Made by a program: the position numbers and the translations under genes. Shown piece by piece: positions 38,501 through 48,359 of a stretch of 64,000 bases of DNA; positions within the stretch are counted from its first letter, which is position 1, and each line of letters starts with the position of its first letter. The DNA is from a virus. The stretch spans positions 1 to 64,000 of the IMG/VR virus record IMGVR_UViG_3300027816_000087. The stretch is one strand, 5' to 3'. Under the pieces are notes generated by a model. That model did not search any database. It saw only the letters and a list, made by a program, of their open reading frames with translations, and had not been told where the DNA came from.

Positions 38501-41500
38501 GTGATAGATTTCTTGAATAATCTTATCATTAAAGTTAAGTTTATCAGTGTTCTCACCATCGCTTTCACGTTCTGCAGCCATACCTGATATATACTCATAA
38601 TCTATTTTAACACCTTCTCTTTTTCTTCCCTTAGCATCAAATACAATACCACCAGGAGAAAGTATTTCAGACGTAGAGTTATATGGATTTAACTTTATAA
38701 TATCCCCAACCACTGTACCATATTGTGGGTTGGACATAATAAACTCTTCTAAAGTATTTGCACTATTAAGAGAATGCAATACATAAGATATTTCAGAAGG
38801 AAGTGTAATAGCATACTGAGTTTTACCATCAGCAGTTTGGTGAGAAAGCAATGTATCTTCTGAACGGAAGTTTAGTTCTAATTCAAGAAGAGCATTTAAA
38901 GGACCACCTATTAAATCAGTTCCAAATAAAGAATCATATTTAATAGTTTTATTATTTTTAACAGCATCTTCTAATACATATTTTAAACTATTATATGCAT
39001 TCTTAATTATATTCTTATTAGTCTCAGAAAGATTTTCTGGTTTAGTAGATAGACTAATACCTAATGCATTAAACGCACCTAAATGTCCTTTTACATCAGA
39101 AGCACCTAAAATATATGTAAGTCTTGGACTACTTAAGTTTATTTCAATTGTATTAGCAGGACTAATATAAACTATTCCACCTGTATCAAGTTTTGAAATA
39201 TCTACTTTGTATGCCTTCTCTTTAATACCATTTCTCCACTCTTCACGTATCTTTTCTTTTGTATTAACGCTTACAGCATTAACGTGACGTATTTTACCAT
39301 CAGCACCTACAATAATTTTAAGAGGATTATTTCTGTTTCTTGTAAAAGAAGTTTCAAACGCTACAAGAAGACGAACATCATCATCAGAAACAATACCACC
39401 ATTTTTTAATGTATCATATTTAAGTCTTGATTTTAAGTTCTCAATCCACTGATATCCATCCTTATATCTAAATTTATAAATGGGATCTTTAAACTTCTTA
39501 TCAAGCTTATTAAACATTTCTTCTAATGCACTAGTCTTTTTAAACGTACCATCTTCTTGCTTTCTCATCATTGGTACAACGTCAGAAAGTTCGTTAAGAA
39601 GAATATTCATTTTACGTTTATAAGAAACAAGAGAAGGAAGATTTAACTTATTTCTTACATCACTAACTTTTCCTGATTCATCCGTTTTATTATCTGGAAG
39701 AGAAAGAATAAGAAGTCTTACAGTGGGGTTAGTTAAACTAGTAGGATCTACATATATAACATCTCTAATCCCTAGTGTATTAGCATTTTCTTCTTTTGCT
39801 TCTATTTCAGCAATATCTTCTTCAGATTTCTTAACATCTTCAACTTGTTTAAATTTCAAGCCAAACTGAGAAAGGTAATTTTTAAATTGCTCTTTAACTT
39901 CTGTATTATATATTTCGCTATTTAAAACACGTTCTTTTTGAAAATAAAGATTGCTTGCAATTTTTTGATCTTCAGCTATTCTATATTCTCTATATTGATT
40001 TATAAATTCAGTTTGTACTTCAGGAGATGCATATTTAAATTCATCTCTTTGCATTACATCATTTAACCCTGGCATAAACCTGTTAAATATTGTAGACCAG
40101 CTAGCTTTAAACAAATCTTCAAAAATGTTATTGTCTTCATCAAACATTTTTTCAATAGTATATCCCTTAGCTTTATATGATTCATTATTAAGTTTACTAA
40201 AGAATATAGCTGTCAAGCCTTCCATAAGTTGCTGTGTAAACTCTACAGAGGTTCCACTTACAGAAGCGCGATTGTGTTTAACAGAAGGATCAAAGTTTTG
40301 TAGTGGTGTAGCATCTTTAAATTCACCCTTAGCAATTTGACCAAATAGTTTTGTAGTTTCATCTTCTATCTCAGCCACCTTTTCTTTGGTTAATCCAAGA
40401 ATCTTTTTAAGCCAATTCCAGAGTCTTCTAAAAAATGTGTTTCGTTTAGGAGATTCTGCTTTTACTTCTGTACCTTCTTTAAGCATGTATTCTCTAAACT
40501 CTTCAGCAAGAGCTTCTTTTATAAGTCTTTTTTCATCTTGAGTTTTGTAGTTTGCTACAGCCCACAGATAAGAAGGTTGTGACTTGTAATCTTTTCTTTT
40601 CTTATATTCATCTATAAGAGCTTGTTGTTTTTCAGGAGATAGATATGCATTCCATACAGCTTCAAAAGCTTCGTGGAAACCTGTACCTTCTTCAGCAAAC
40701 TTATACATGCGAATCATTCCATTAACGAATTGACCCATGTATTTACCATCTACTAATTCATCTAATATATCTAATGGAATTTGAGGAAGCACCTTACTAA
40801 GCCACTCTTTAAACTTAGCAATATCTTCTGTTTTAGTAGCAGCTGTTATTTCACCCACCCTTGCATTAGCATCATAATCATCTTTTGGCTTAGCTTGTTT
40901 AGCCATATCCAAAAGATTTTGAGCTGAAGTTTGAGCTGATACTTGTACCTTACTTTTATATTCTAAGTTTAATTGTTTATTATATTTGGTAGTGTATTCT
41001 TCTTTTGACAAAGGTGTAGCACCTTGAGACCTAGCTTCACTAACGTAGTCTTTATATTTCTGATTTACAAAATCATCAAATGTAATACCACTAGCTGCTA
41101 GTGTTTTACCAACAACAGGTGCAGCTGTAGATTTTAAACTAATTGGTTGTTTAGATGCTAACGCTTTATTAATCAAATCTTGATCAAACAAAACAAACTC
41201 GTTTTGTAAAGCCCCATCTATAGAACCTATTTCAGCTTTAATGCCAAGGTTTTGTTTAAACTCATGTAGTGTTTCTAAAGAAGGTCTTGCTTGATTTTTC
41301 TTATTAATAAACTCATCTTCTGAAATTTTTCCATATCCAAACTTTCTATCTAATAGATTTTCAGGAGATATCTCAATCTCAACTGTATATATTTCTTCTC
41401 CAGGATAAGGTTTATCTAGAGATAAGTACAATCCTTTACCTCTTTGAAATTGATTTTTAGAAGTAGGTCCAACTTTTTCAGTCCTATAAGCAACTATTCT

Positions 41501-44500
41501 TAAGTTTCCATTAGGTAAAACAGTTATTCCTGGTTTTCTTTCTATATCAGACGTTTTAGTAACATCATAGACAACACTTCCATCAGGATTTTCTATCTTA
41601 ACAATAGTTGATAAATCTACTGTTACTCCTTTATTTCCTATACCAAGCTCATTACCACTTAAAGATATTCTAACCGCAGACTCTCTAGTACCATCTGATA
41701 GAGTTACAAAGAACTGTCCACCTTCTCCTTGTCCTGCTTTTTGTATAGCAGCTCTCACTTCTTTTCTTTTAGCTTCTACATTAAAGACAGGAGCTGTAGA
41801 AGCTATTTCATCTTTATACTTCTCATCAATTTGCTTTAAAACATCTTCTCTTGTATCTCCAATTAATTCATCAGCAGAAGCTCCACCTGGATCATCAGCA
41901 ATAGCTCTCCATCCATCTGTTACTTTTTCTATAGATGCAATTGCTTTATTTTTTCTAGTTTGTGCATCAGAAACAGAAACTGGTGTTACAGGAGTAGATT
42001 GACTTGTAAGAACTTGAGCCACCTTAACATCATTAACTGTTTCTCCTTGTTTAGCGTATTCTTCTATGCGAATAAATGTTTCTTTAAAACTATCTATCAT
42101 TTCCAACTGAATAGATTTTCCCTGCGCAACAGTTTGAGAAAATTTATTAACAGCTTCAAATCTTTTATCAAATTCACCTTGATAGAAGTCTTTAACTTTT
42201 TGACCATTTAAATCTGCATTAGTTAGATCTTCTCCTTTTTCATCTATAACTTGAAATATTTCATATTTACCATTTTTATATTCAGTGTGTAAATACAATT
42301 CATTTCCATTTCTACGTCTAGTTACAAATGTAACTTTACCTTCTTTTGGAATGTTGTTTTCAATATTATAAAATATAGATCCATCATCTGCTCTTACTTC
42401 TTTTTGATATAAAGAATATTGCTTAATGCTTTTTGGTGTTGTAGTGGGTTGATCACCAGCAGCTTGTACAGGTTCTGCTACAAATCCTGAAGCATCATAT
42501 TTAAAATAAACATTTTTAAGTTGATAGTTTTGAGCCTCAGTTTTATTTTCTGAAGGAGATGTGTATGGTTTAATATTAGTGTATAACACTGATCCACCAG
42601 GTCTTTCAGCTAAAAGATAATGTTGATAGTTAACATATTGTTTTCCTCTAACTATCTTACCATCTATCACTTTAACATCATAAAATGACTCTGTTTTGTT
42701 CTTATCATTTAATAATGTATTATTAACTTTATGATATTGAAGAGCTTCTAATATTTTATCTCTATTTTTTTCTATAGAGTCAGCTGTAAATAAAATATTA
42801 GTAGAGCCAATATTTAATCCACTCTGTACAGATAGTTGAAAAGGACTTGGTTTTTTACCTTCTTGAACAGGAGACCAATATGTAACACCTTGCAAATATC
42901 TTAAAGCTGTTTGAAACTCAGCAAGTTGCTCTTCATTAAGTCCTAATTCAGAATTCTTTTGAATGAATAATTCTGAAAGTCTTTTTAATATATTAATTAC
43001 ATTCTCTTGTTCTTCTGCTGTAAACTTACGATTGTAAACAACAATAGGAGGTTCACCAGGTCTAACAACCATGGCTCTACCTGCTTTCACCCTAGTATCG
43101 TTCTTACTAATTACAATTCTTACAGGTCTACCATCAGGATGTTTAAGATTTGTAAAATCAGGATTGTCTTCTATAAGTCTACCTTCTAAAGAAAGCTCTT
43201 GAGGACGTTGAGGTGTAGGATTACCATCTTCATCATAACCACCTACCAATGGTTCTCTATTATATATACCAGGACTTTTATCAATAATAGGTAATACAAC
43301 TGTTTCACCAGCTTTTACCTTTTCTTTAATAGCATTACGTACTTGTTTAAAATAAGTTGCAAATGCTAACGCTTGTTCTTTTGTTACACGATTCTTTTGT
43401 GTTTTCTTATCGTATATAGCAAAGTTATCTTTTAACCACTCATATGTAGCATCAGCATCATCACCTAACAACTCTTTACTACCATGCATTCCTGTATAAA
43501 CCATGTTCTCTTTAGTGGGATTTTCAAGTATGTTCCCATCCATTCCAACTGGTTTAAAATTACCCATTGCATCTCTTCTAACAACAACTAGTCTAATATC
43601 ATCCTCAAATCCTTCAGATCTTAATTCTTGAAACTCCTTTGAGTCTTTTGTAACAGGCATTAAATAAAACACAGACCCATTCTCATCACTAAGTTTAGCT
43701 GTTTCACTAAATTTAAAAAATCTAGCTTCTTGTGGTGATGTAATTTGTGTATCATTTTTATCAGCAAAATGCCTACCTGCTGTTTTAAATAAAGCATTCT
43801 CATCTAATATAGGAGCAAATGCTTCCATTTGCTTAAATGTTTCTGCTTCTTCTTCACTACCAGGTGCAATATCTATAATAGGTTCTGTACTAAAAAGAGC
43901 ATCTACTCCTTGAATCATTTCATCTTTTACAGGAACTGAATTTGGTTTTGTTATTATTTTATTTCCTTCTTGTTTTATTATTCCTTCTTTTTGTTGAATT
44001 AAATTATAACCAAGAATAATTCCTTCTTGAACAGCTTGAAGCATTCCAATTCTTTTTTCAAGAGCTGAAATTTCACCTCTCTGTTGATAGGCTAAAGTGA
44101 GTCTATCATATCTATCTTGAAGATATCTAGCTTGTTCCAATAACTCTTTAAGTTCCTTTTTAGAATCAACCACTCTATCTACTAATTCAAATATATAAGC
44201 CAACTCCATAGAGTCGCCATCATTTAATGAATTAATAATATTCTGAATTGTTTTTTTATTATCAGCATCTTTCTCTTGTCTTTTCATTAGAACAAGCTGA
44301 TTAAGAAGCTGTTTTTTATCGTTTATACCTGCAAGCGTATCAAATAAATCTGTAACACGATTAATTCTTTCTAATAGTTTATTAGAATAATCAATCATGT
44401 TTTGAAGAATAGATATTCTTTCATTAACTAAATCTAATTCAAGTTCAGTTTCATCAAGCATACCACTAATTTGATCTGTAGTAATACCTCTTGATGGTTT

Positions 44501-47500
44501 AATTATTTCTTGTTGCTGAGCTTCATTTAATCTTTCTTGTTCAGATGTGTAAATTTTACCATCAACCATTGTAAATGGTTGACCAGATTGTTCAATTTCT
44601 TCAATACCTTCAAAATAATATTCTAAAAGTTGATTTAGTACATCTTGTTGTTTTTGTAACTCTTGACTTTGAATTTGTAAATTCTCAATTAATCGCTCAG
44701 CACTTTGAACAAGATTTATCAATACCTCTTTACGTTGTTCAAGTTCAATTCTCACCTTAGACTTTCTACCTCTTACATAAGGTTTATTTTGAAACTCTTC
44801 TTCAATTAATTCTATTTCAGCAATATAATCTTCTAATTCTTTTTTAATTTTATTATATTCTTCTTCATTTTTATTTCTATCTACCAACAATTTATCACTC
44901 TTAGACATAACATCTTCAAGAGCTTCATTTAACATTTTTAATTGCGACTGTCTTCTAGTTTCTGTTCTTCTACTAACAACTTCATCTTCACTTTCTGTTA
45001 TATCTAAAACATCTTTTTTATTACTAGCATATTTTTTTAGATATTCTGCATTATAATAAATAGATTCTTTAACATTTCTTACAGGGTTTATATAAACAAT
45101 TTTTAAAACATATTCTCCATTTTCTTTAATTAATTCTAAACGAGCTTTAACATTTATTCCTGTAGAACTAAAATCTTTGTTAGCATATTTACCTTTTGTA
45201 TAATGTGGTTTACCAGTCTTTTTAAATACATTTAGATCAAATACAACATCTCTATTTTTAAAATATATACGTTCATGATCTGTCATTGAACTTAATGGAT
45301 AAAGTTTTCCTATTTGTGAAAACTCATCCACTGACATTATTATCACTTCTTTTTCATCATTATATGTAAAACTAATACCTCTATCATCAATAGATACAAT
45401 TTTAATTATATCTTGATCATATTGTATTACTGGTACTTTTCCTTTATATATACGTTTTTTAGGACTTGATTCAGTTATATAATTCTCACCTTCTTTTATT
45501 TCAAATGTTACTTCTTTACCTTCTTTGTCTTTTGTAACAATTGTTGTTACTGCTTTAGGTGTATCATCTTCAACTCCAGCATTTTTTTCTATTTCTTTTA
45601 AATGCTCCTCTAATTTCTTTTTCTCAACAGCTATAATTGCATCAGTTATTCTTTCTTGCATTTTAGCAAACTCAATTGGATTGGCCAATTTATTATAAGC
45701 ATCAATATATTCTTTATTATCTTTATTTAATTCAATATAGTCTAATAAATTAGTATATATTTCATCCAACTGATCTTCTTTAATTACAATATCAATTTTA
45801 GATTCTTTATTTTTAGAATTTAAATATGTAACTAAAGCTTTTTTAGCTTTATCAGATTTTAACTTATCTCCGCGTTCCATGTTAGCTAACTGAGAATAGT
45901 TTTCTTTCCATTCTTCTAAACTAGCTAATTGTTCTTTTTTTGCTTCTATTAAATCTTTTGTTGCATTGTCTTTTGTTTCTTGAGACTCTAAATTTTTAAT
46001 CTCCATTTTTAGAAGATCTATTTCTGCCTCTGTATTTTTAGTAGCGCCAATATTTCTAAATGCTATAGCTGCTGTAGATCCTAATACAGGAACACCAGCC
46101 ATTTTAACTTGCAATTCTCCAGCGCGCATTGTAGCTTTTCTAGCTTTGTAATCAACTGTGGCAAGCACTTCAATAGCATCATCCAAAGCTCGTTTAGCTC
46201 TTAATGCTGTTTTTCTCTCAGGTGTACCTTCTTTATAAAGTTCAGGAATAACTAAATCACCAAAACGATTTTTTAAATCTCTCCATGTTTTATGAAAATC
46301 AATAACATTATCAGCAATCTTATTAAAGAATTCTTTAGTTGAAGCTACGTTTTCTTCTGTCTTATCAAATCCAAAAGCTTCTTTAAATTCATTATCATTA
46401 AAAGCATCCCCGTAGGCACGAATTGTTTCAATAACACCATCAATCATATCTGTCTTAATAGCAGCAGATATCATTTTAGCAAATGCTGAATCTTTATTAT
46501 TATGAAAAACATATGCATCTCTATTAGCAATAGCCTCTTGCATATTTTGTGCAGTTTTGTTCTGCACTTTGACATTAGCTATATGCTCAGGTAGATACTT
46601 ATTAGGATTTTCATAAAAAGCATTAAGGGCTTGAATACTTTCTGTAAGTTGTTTTTTTCTTTCTTTTACTTGTAGTGGATCACTGCCTATTTTTTCTTTT
46701 GCTTTACCAACAGCAAAATTAATAGGTGATAACAATCTACCTGTTAAAGCACCCATTAAGAATGTCTTTAAGCCTTGTGTACTATACTGTTCTTTAGCAG
46801 CTTTACTTATGTAGTCAGTTAATTCAGAACCTTTTGCTCCATGATACAAATCATAATAATAATCTTGTAAAGCTTTATTTGATGTTTCTTGAAAAAGTTC
46901 TTGAATACCTTCACTTGCTTCCCATTTAAATACATTTCTACCTACAGACTTAGTTGCTTCCCAAGCTGCTTTTTTAACACCAAAATCTTTAGAAATTTCA
47001 GAAAACAAACCTAAAGTTCCTAATGTACCTTTTTCATACACTTTAGTTAATGATTTACCAACACCTTCTTTTGCAGCTGCTTTACCAGAAACTTTTAAAA
47101 CATCTTCAGCAAACTCAGAAGTTCCTTCACCTAACACTTTTCTACCAAAAGAAAACTTGGTAAATAAGTTATCAAATTGAAGTCTATTAGCAAGCATTAA
47201 AATACCACTATTTACTTGAAAGTTATCAAATGCTGCATCTTTAGCTATTTGTTCTATAGCAGTTAATTTATCAGGTGTAGGAGCTTCACCTGTTTTAAAT
47301 AACTCTTCATCGTATAGTTTAGTATAAAGATCACCATATGTACCAGCTGCTTCCATTCTAGCTTCTGTCATTGCCATATTAGCTTCTGATAAGAAACGTC
47401 TCACCCCACCTAATCCAATAGCACCTAGTTGCAAAGCTCCAGCTCCTGCTTTACCATACTTAGCTAGTGCATATCCTGTATCAACAAATGGTATTATTTT

Positions 47501-48340
47501 ACGAGCTCCTGTTACAAGAAACTCAGGAATACTATTTGACTTCCAAATAGGCGTACCTAATTTTACCATATCTTTGGCAATATCAGCTTTGGTAACTATT
47601 CTACCTGCCCACTTAGGAGCACTTAAACCAAGTTTAGCTACTGAAAATTCTGTAGATAAACCTAAAGTTAAAAGTTCTTCAGAAAGAAATTGACCTATAG
47701 TTCCAAGAGCAAATCCTGATTGCTGAAGCATGTCACCAAAAAACTTCCTATTAAATATGCCTTCTTCATATTCAGGTAAATTATAAATGGCATATTTATT
47801 CATTATTTCTTTAGTAGCTCTATCTTGCTCTAATAAATCTTCAGGTGAACCTATTAAATCTGTTTTAGCTTCATCCCAATTTGTACTCCATATAGCATCA
47901 ATTAGATTACCCCATCCTTTCCATCCTTCAACAAATGTATTCCCAGCAAGTTTAAACATTCCTGTTAATCCATTACCCCATACATCACCCCATGTTTGAC
48001 GTTTAGCATATGCAAATTCATTTTGAGGACCAAGATATGGATTATAACCAAGTTGGGCAAAGTCACGTGTATTACTAGTATATCTCTCTACTTGAGATCT
48101 ATCCCAATCAAAAAATACAGGAGCAGCCATAGCTGTGCCTGAAGGTGCTTTATTTTCAAATGATTGCAAACCTTTTTCTACTGGATCAAGTTGAGCTGGT
48201 GGTTGATATCCAAAACCATCGTTAATACTAGTATTAATAAGATCCAACATATCTGGACCTCTATCTGGAAGTGGAAGTTCAGGCTCACTTAAATATGCAC
48301 CTTGTAGTTGTTCAGGAATTATACCAGTACCAAAATCCAT
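32561..48340 (-). CDS. giant virion DNA-dependent RNA polymerase (crAss-like two-barrel RNAP) with accessory domains
   Basis: 5259 aa; GSDFDVDKL (DFDVD at 36113-36127), upstream GSRIPTSG, EADGQ, LKP and VDAAKDP motifs. Confidence 0.88.
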   Translation of the reverse strand: MDFGTGIIPEQLQGAYLSEPELPLPDRGPDMLDLINTSINDGFGYQPPAQLDPVEKGLQSFENKAPSGTAMAAPVFFDWDRSQVERYTSNTRDFAQLGYNPYLGPQNEFAYAKRQTWGDVWGNGLTGMFKLAGNTFVEGWKGWGNLIDAIWSTNWDEAKTDLIGSPEDLLEQDRATKEIMNKYAIYNLPEYEEGIFNRKFFGDMLQQSGFALGTIGQFLSEELLTLGLSTEFSVAKLGLSAPKWAGRIVTKADIAKDMVKLGTPIWKSNSIPEFLVTGARKIIPFVDTGYALAKYGKAGAGALQLGAIGLGGVRRFLSEANMAMTEARMEAAGTYGDLYTKLYDEELFKTGEAPTPDKLTAIEQIAKDAAFDNFQVNSGILMLANRLQFDNLFTKFSFGRKVLGEGTSEFAEDVLKVSGKAAAKEGVGKSLTKVYEKGTLGTLGLFSEISKDFGVKKAAWEATKSVGRNVFKWEASEGIQELFQETSNKALQDYYYDLYHGAKGSELTDYISKAAKEQYSTQGLKTFLMGALTGRLLSPINFAVGKAKEKIGSDPLQVKERKKQLTESIQALNAFYENPNKYLPEHIANVKVQNKTAQNMQEAIANRDAYVFHNNKDSAFAKMISAAIKTDMIDGVIETIRAYGDAFNDNEFKEAFGFDKTEENVASTKEFFNKIADNVIDFHKTWRDLKNRFGDLVIPELYKEGTPERKTALRAKRALDDAIEVLATVDYKARKATMRAGELQVKMAGVPVLGSTAAIAFRNIGATKNTEAEIDLLKMEIKNLESQETKDNATKDLIEAKKEQLASLEEWKENYSQLANMERGDKLKSDKAKKALVTYLNSKNKESKIDIVIKEDQLDEIYTNLLDYIELNKDNKEYIDAYNKLANPIEFAKMQERITDAIIAVEKKKLEEHLKEIEKNAGVEDDTPKAVTTIVTKDKEGKEVTFEIKEGENYITESSPKKRIYKGKVPVIQYDQDIIKIVSIDDRGISFTYNDEKEVIIMSVDEFSQIGKLYPLSSMTDHERIYFKNRDVVFDLNVFKKTGKPHYTKGKYANKDFSSTGINVKARLELIKENGEYVLKIVYINPVRNVKESIYYNAEYLKKYASNKKDVLDITESEDEVVSRRTETRRQSQLKMLNEALEDVMSKSDKLLVDRNKNEEEYNKIKKELEDYIAEIELIEEEFQNKPYVRGRKSKVRIELEQRKEVLINLVQSAERLIENLQIQSQELQKQQDVLNQLLEYYFEGIEEIEQSGQPFTMVDGKIYTSEQERLNEAQQQEIIKPSRGITTDQISGMLDETELELDLVNERISILQNMIDYSNKLLERINRVTDLFDTLAGINDKKQLLNQLVLMKRQEKDADNKKTIQNIINSLNDGDSMELAYIFELVDRVVDSKKELKELLEQARYLQDRYDRLTLAYQQRGEISALEKRIGMLQAVQEGIILGYNLIQQKEGIIKQEGNKIITKPNSVPVKDEMIQGVDALFSTEPIIDIAPGSEEEAETFKQMEAFAPILDENALFKTAGRHFADKNDTQITSPQEARFFKFSETAKLSDENGSVFYLMPVTKDSKEFQELRSEGFEDDIRLVVVRRDAMGNFKPVGMDGNILENPTKENMVYTGMHGSKELLGDDADATYEWLKDNFAIYDKKTQKNRVTKEQALAFATYFKQVRNAIKEKVKAGETVVLPIIDKSPGIYNREPLVGGYDEDGNPTPQRPQELSLEGRLIEDNPDFTNLKHPDGRPVRIVISKNDTRVKAGRAMVVRPGEPPIVVYNRKFTAEEQENVINILKRLSELFIQKNSELGLNEEQLAEFQTALRYLQGVTYWSPVQEGKKPSPFQLSVQSGLNIGSTNILFTADSIEKNRDKILEALQYHKVNNTLLNDKNKTESFYDVKVIDGKIVRGKQYVNYQHYLLAERPGGSVLYTNIKPYTSPSENKTEAQNYQLKNVYFKYDASGFVAEPVQAAGDQPTTTPKSIKQYSLYQKEVRADDGSIFYNIENNIPKEGKVTFVTRRRNGNELYLHTEYKNGKYEIFQVIDEKGEDLTNADLNGQKVKDFYQGEFDKRFEAVNKFSQTVAQGKSIQLEMIDSFKETFIRIEEYAKQGETVNDVKVAQVLTSQSTPVTPVSVSDAQTRKNKAIASIEKVTDGWRAIADDPGGASADELIGDTREDVLKQIDEKYKDEIASTAPVFNVEAKRKEVRAAIQKAGQGEGGQFFVTLSDGTRESAVRISLSGNELGIGNKGVTVDLSTIVKIENPDGSVVYDVTKTSDIERKPGITVLPNGNLRIVAYRTEKVGPTSKNQFQRGKGLYLSLDKPYPGEEIYTVEIEISPENLLDRKFGYGKISEDEFINKKNQARPSLETLHEFKQNLGIKAEIGSIDGALQNEFVLFDQDLINKALASKQPISLKSTAAPVVGKTLAASGITFDDFVNQKYKDYVSEARSQGATPLSKEEYTTKYNKQLNLEYKSKVQVSAQTSAQNLLDMAKQAKPKDDYDANARVGEITAATKTEDIAKFKEWLSKVLPQIPLDILDELVDGKYMGQFVNGMIRMYKFAEEGTGFHEAFEAVWNAYLSPEKQQALIDEYKKRKDYKSQPSYLWAVANYKTQDEKRLIKEALAEEFREYMLKEGTEVKAESPKRNTFFRRLWNWLKKILGLTKEKVAEIEDETTKLFGQIAKGEFKDATPLQNFDPSVKHNRASVSGTSVEFTQQLMEGLTAIFFSKLNNESYKAKGYTIEKMFDEDNNIFEDLFKASWSTIFNRFMPGLNDVMQRDEFKYASPEVQTEFINQYREYRIAEDQKIASNLYFQKERVLNSEIYNTEVKEQFKNYLSQFGLKFKQVEDVKKSEEDIAEIEAKEENANTLGIRDVIYVDPTSLTNPTVRLLILSLPDNKTDESGKVSDVRNKLNLPSLVSYKRKMNILLNELSDVVPMMRKQEDGTFKKTSALEEMFNKLDKKFKDPIYKFRYKDGYQWIENLKSRLKYDTLKNGGIVSDDDVRLLVAFETSFTRNRNNPLKIIVGADGKIRHVNAVSVNTKEKIREEWRNGIKEKAYKVDISKLDTGGIVYISPANTIEINLSSPRLTYILGASDVKGHLGAFNALGISLSTKPENLSETNKNIIKNAYNSLKYVLEDAVKNNKTIKYDSLFGTDLIGGPLNALLELELNFRSEDTLLSHQTADGKTQYAITLPSEISYVLHSLNSANTLEEFIMSNPQYGTVVGDIIKLNPYNSTSEILSPGGIVFDAKGRKREGVKIDYEYISGMAAERESDGENTDKLNFNDKIIQEIYHILRGSYFTVINSDKSSEFAVKMGHFVKMSEISNLGLIEDKYINALKAEVMHALRFHFYPNNIQNHQDRILELGHFSNIPGLEKGSNLRNYFEKLVKDTKITKRTKIENATLIFEALTENFVSTVKNEGILKDYVESQVKETKQWLVNKEIVKTVEIDAGVTVINVLNRFKALGIPKDADAISGINTKEMSEAEFNKLARFLVVNRQLAVYEQHKLFYGHPALYKDLAKRSSGANSQKNVISENPHVISWMEQNKPRYDGRVRDADNPVMRSISYADPKVTSPYLKYIAEELFKDISTKVDKKRAEQLIGAKFNEDGSLKSIVGGKGTYISSYINMDEADGQAMIMPDYFRDMLYLSGMLSKEQEALLDYENALEIIDRSDKSHPYYNPKYTKEQIQKAKEVLSKPKPEAILQVLKPQGFGFQNTDGMSHINFLKNSVFPLTWSRVKNNPEMMSKYIDAKNQGVDIIDFGSGHKVGAMTKPNGKLTPFYNEDGTISKEVPILQDIFSKYFGIQVSTPDYAKNVVIFGSQIRKLILSDLPESLKPYAEEYKNVLNALLDIEREALLQELGLKQNEDGSYDIENVGKLMETLRQEAIKRNLPDNVVEMLDTFIDDNKEVPKYPLDANPARERIESVLNSLVDNRIIRTEMFGKANVQVSSTLFAQGRKLLYIKDGVYQNVEDYSKLSKKEKESVTISSSNLNFYNTDYGRYIEVYTPWYFKGITPQEAGFVQNEEGIWVAPEGKDFADLLNSIGSRIPTSGLNMIDSIVIKGFLDPSYGDMVVVPSEMVGKTGSDFDVDKLNMFLANYYISKKTNEIKYIKYSSSPDELNNRYNRYINDKYADIIKPVINIINNLKEEIRTGVKEIKQLEEELYYFEELIYKGNAIEGKLVSDLFNKKIKNIQQAMLADEELKMNQLNVEALSVALDKAADDYNALKTEITTKDSLQEFSKRSIEDQNSKKALQNRVIEIIKTILEHPDNQRQLLTPNSASKLKKLSEYILELKGIKRDDTNMTKLSEWVTMSETRETFVTSKQLVGVAALQITSHTMSQIGEVELTGTYKDYDGTTRQVKIKLPNSNTNKLDLTVDEDGMYIFDLFNEALTGSVDAAKDPFIFDIRLNLETAATWFYLTKRGVSQENIALMFNQPVIDDYFKYRDANKTFVNEVNDEALYFNEVIIKAASLYYTQGTGNVIDTTQYPDKTLALFRGIQQQFKQYTPQQLAEAISSKTLTKEQNLMQVAILMDMLDYKTQADKLSNFIRGISYDTTKTKNIVESHLQQSRYNRAVNDNFIKQDSLDRVFDKTFLGKVKEVKDDVRNMFEKFFVVLNPKSLPAFEPILEKLDDDGIFMTNEDKAEYLNRYQNFFIAYILQNTPFGNNERLNQYFNLFTDGKNESLAKRLKRMKDKYPDSLALKNLFPVINQNRLSTDNIKMFNNKMSSYDVNVISESIDILYSQAEMIGDFELKEFIDNLARLAILQSGVQLSPVTFTKVLPLNLYAGLTADIFKNYANSPDVVNVDQVWKTFHQNNYKNNKIVPKQKYSAKYLQNGLLVIRGDRNIARNQYIKMYVPVDGVDTKNDKLPFDERFKLNLYERIKITDTTGSDVTLDKSVVKYRPINKLGNGMYLVETTPNPLTEASRFAVNGDVNESMHDEAVMAWRKQVSLETIESGLPEFDKLPGRSSTRTMTYAGIGSRETPTDVLKLMTEASKYLDSIGYTLQTGFTFKDKETGLDEEGADKAFSDGSKNKILFGPSGIRRTVNGNTSLETYDNNVSKISEAVVKEIHPAPDRLTPGGLKLMARNTNQIFGKNLDSTVDFVLFYAEETDNPLRPKGGTGQAVEMARRKGIPTINMANPNWRQELDRVLSSITQAPVSGKKTIKEFKVGEQVQDDKYNVWKIISQEEYEKESRIGTKAGVKVRFITNVNPNENRRQDFLNPDSTTYIKPNSVNTLGENTLVQPTQAVTGPSKIQPEGLPSIDNNNQNNCG

Positions 48341-48359
48341 ATCTTTATATTAATTTTAT

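Noticed and set aside
23330-48340. Inteins or group I introns in PolB or RNAP
   Set aside because: Reading frames are continuous, and I recognised no intein splice-junction or LAGLIDADG motifs.
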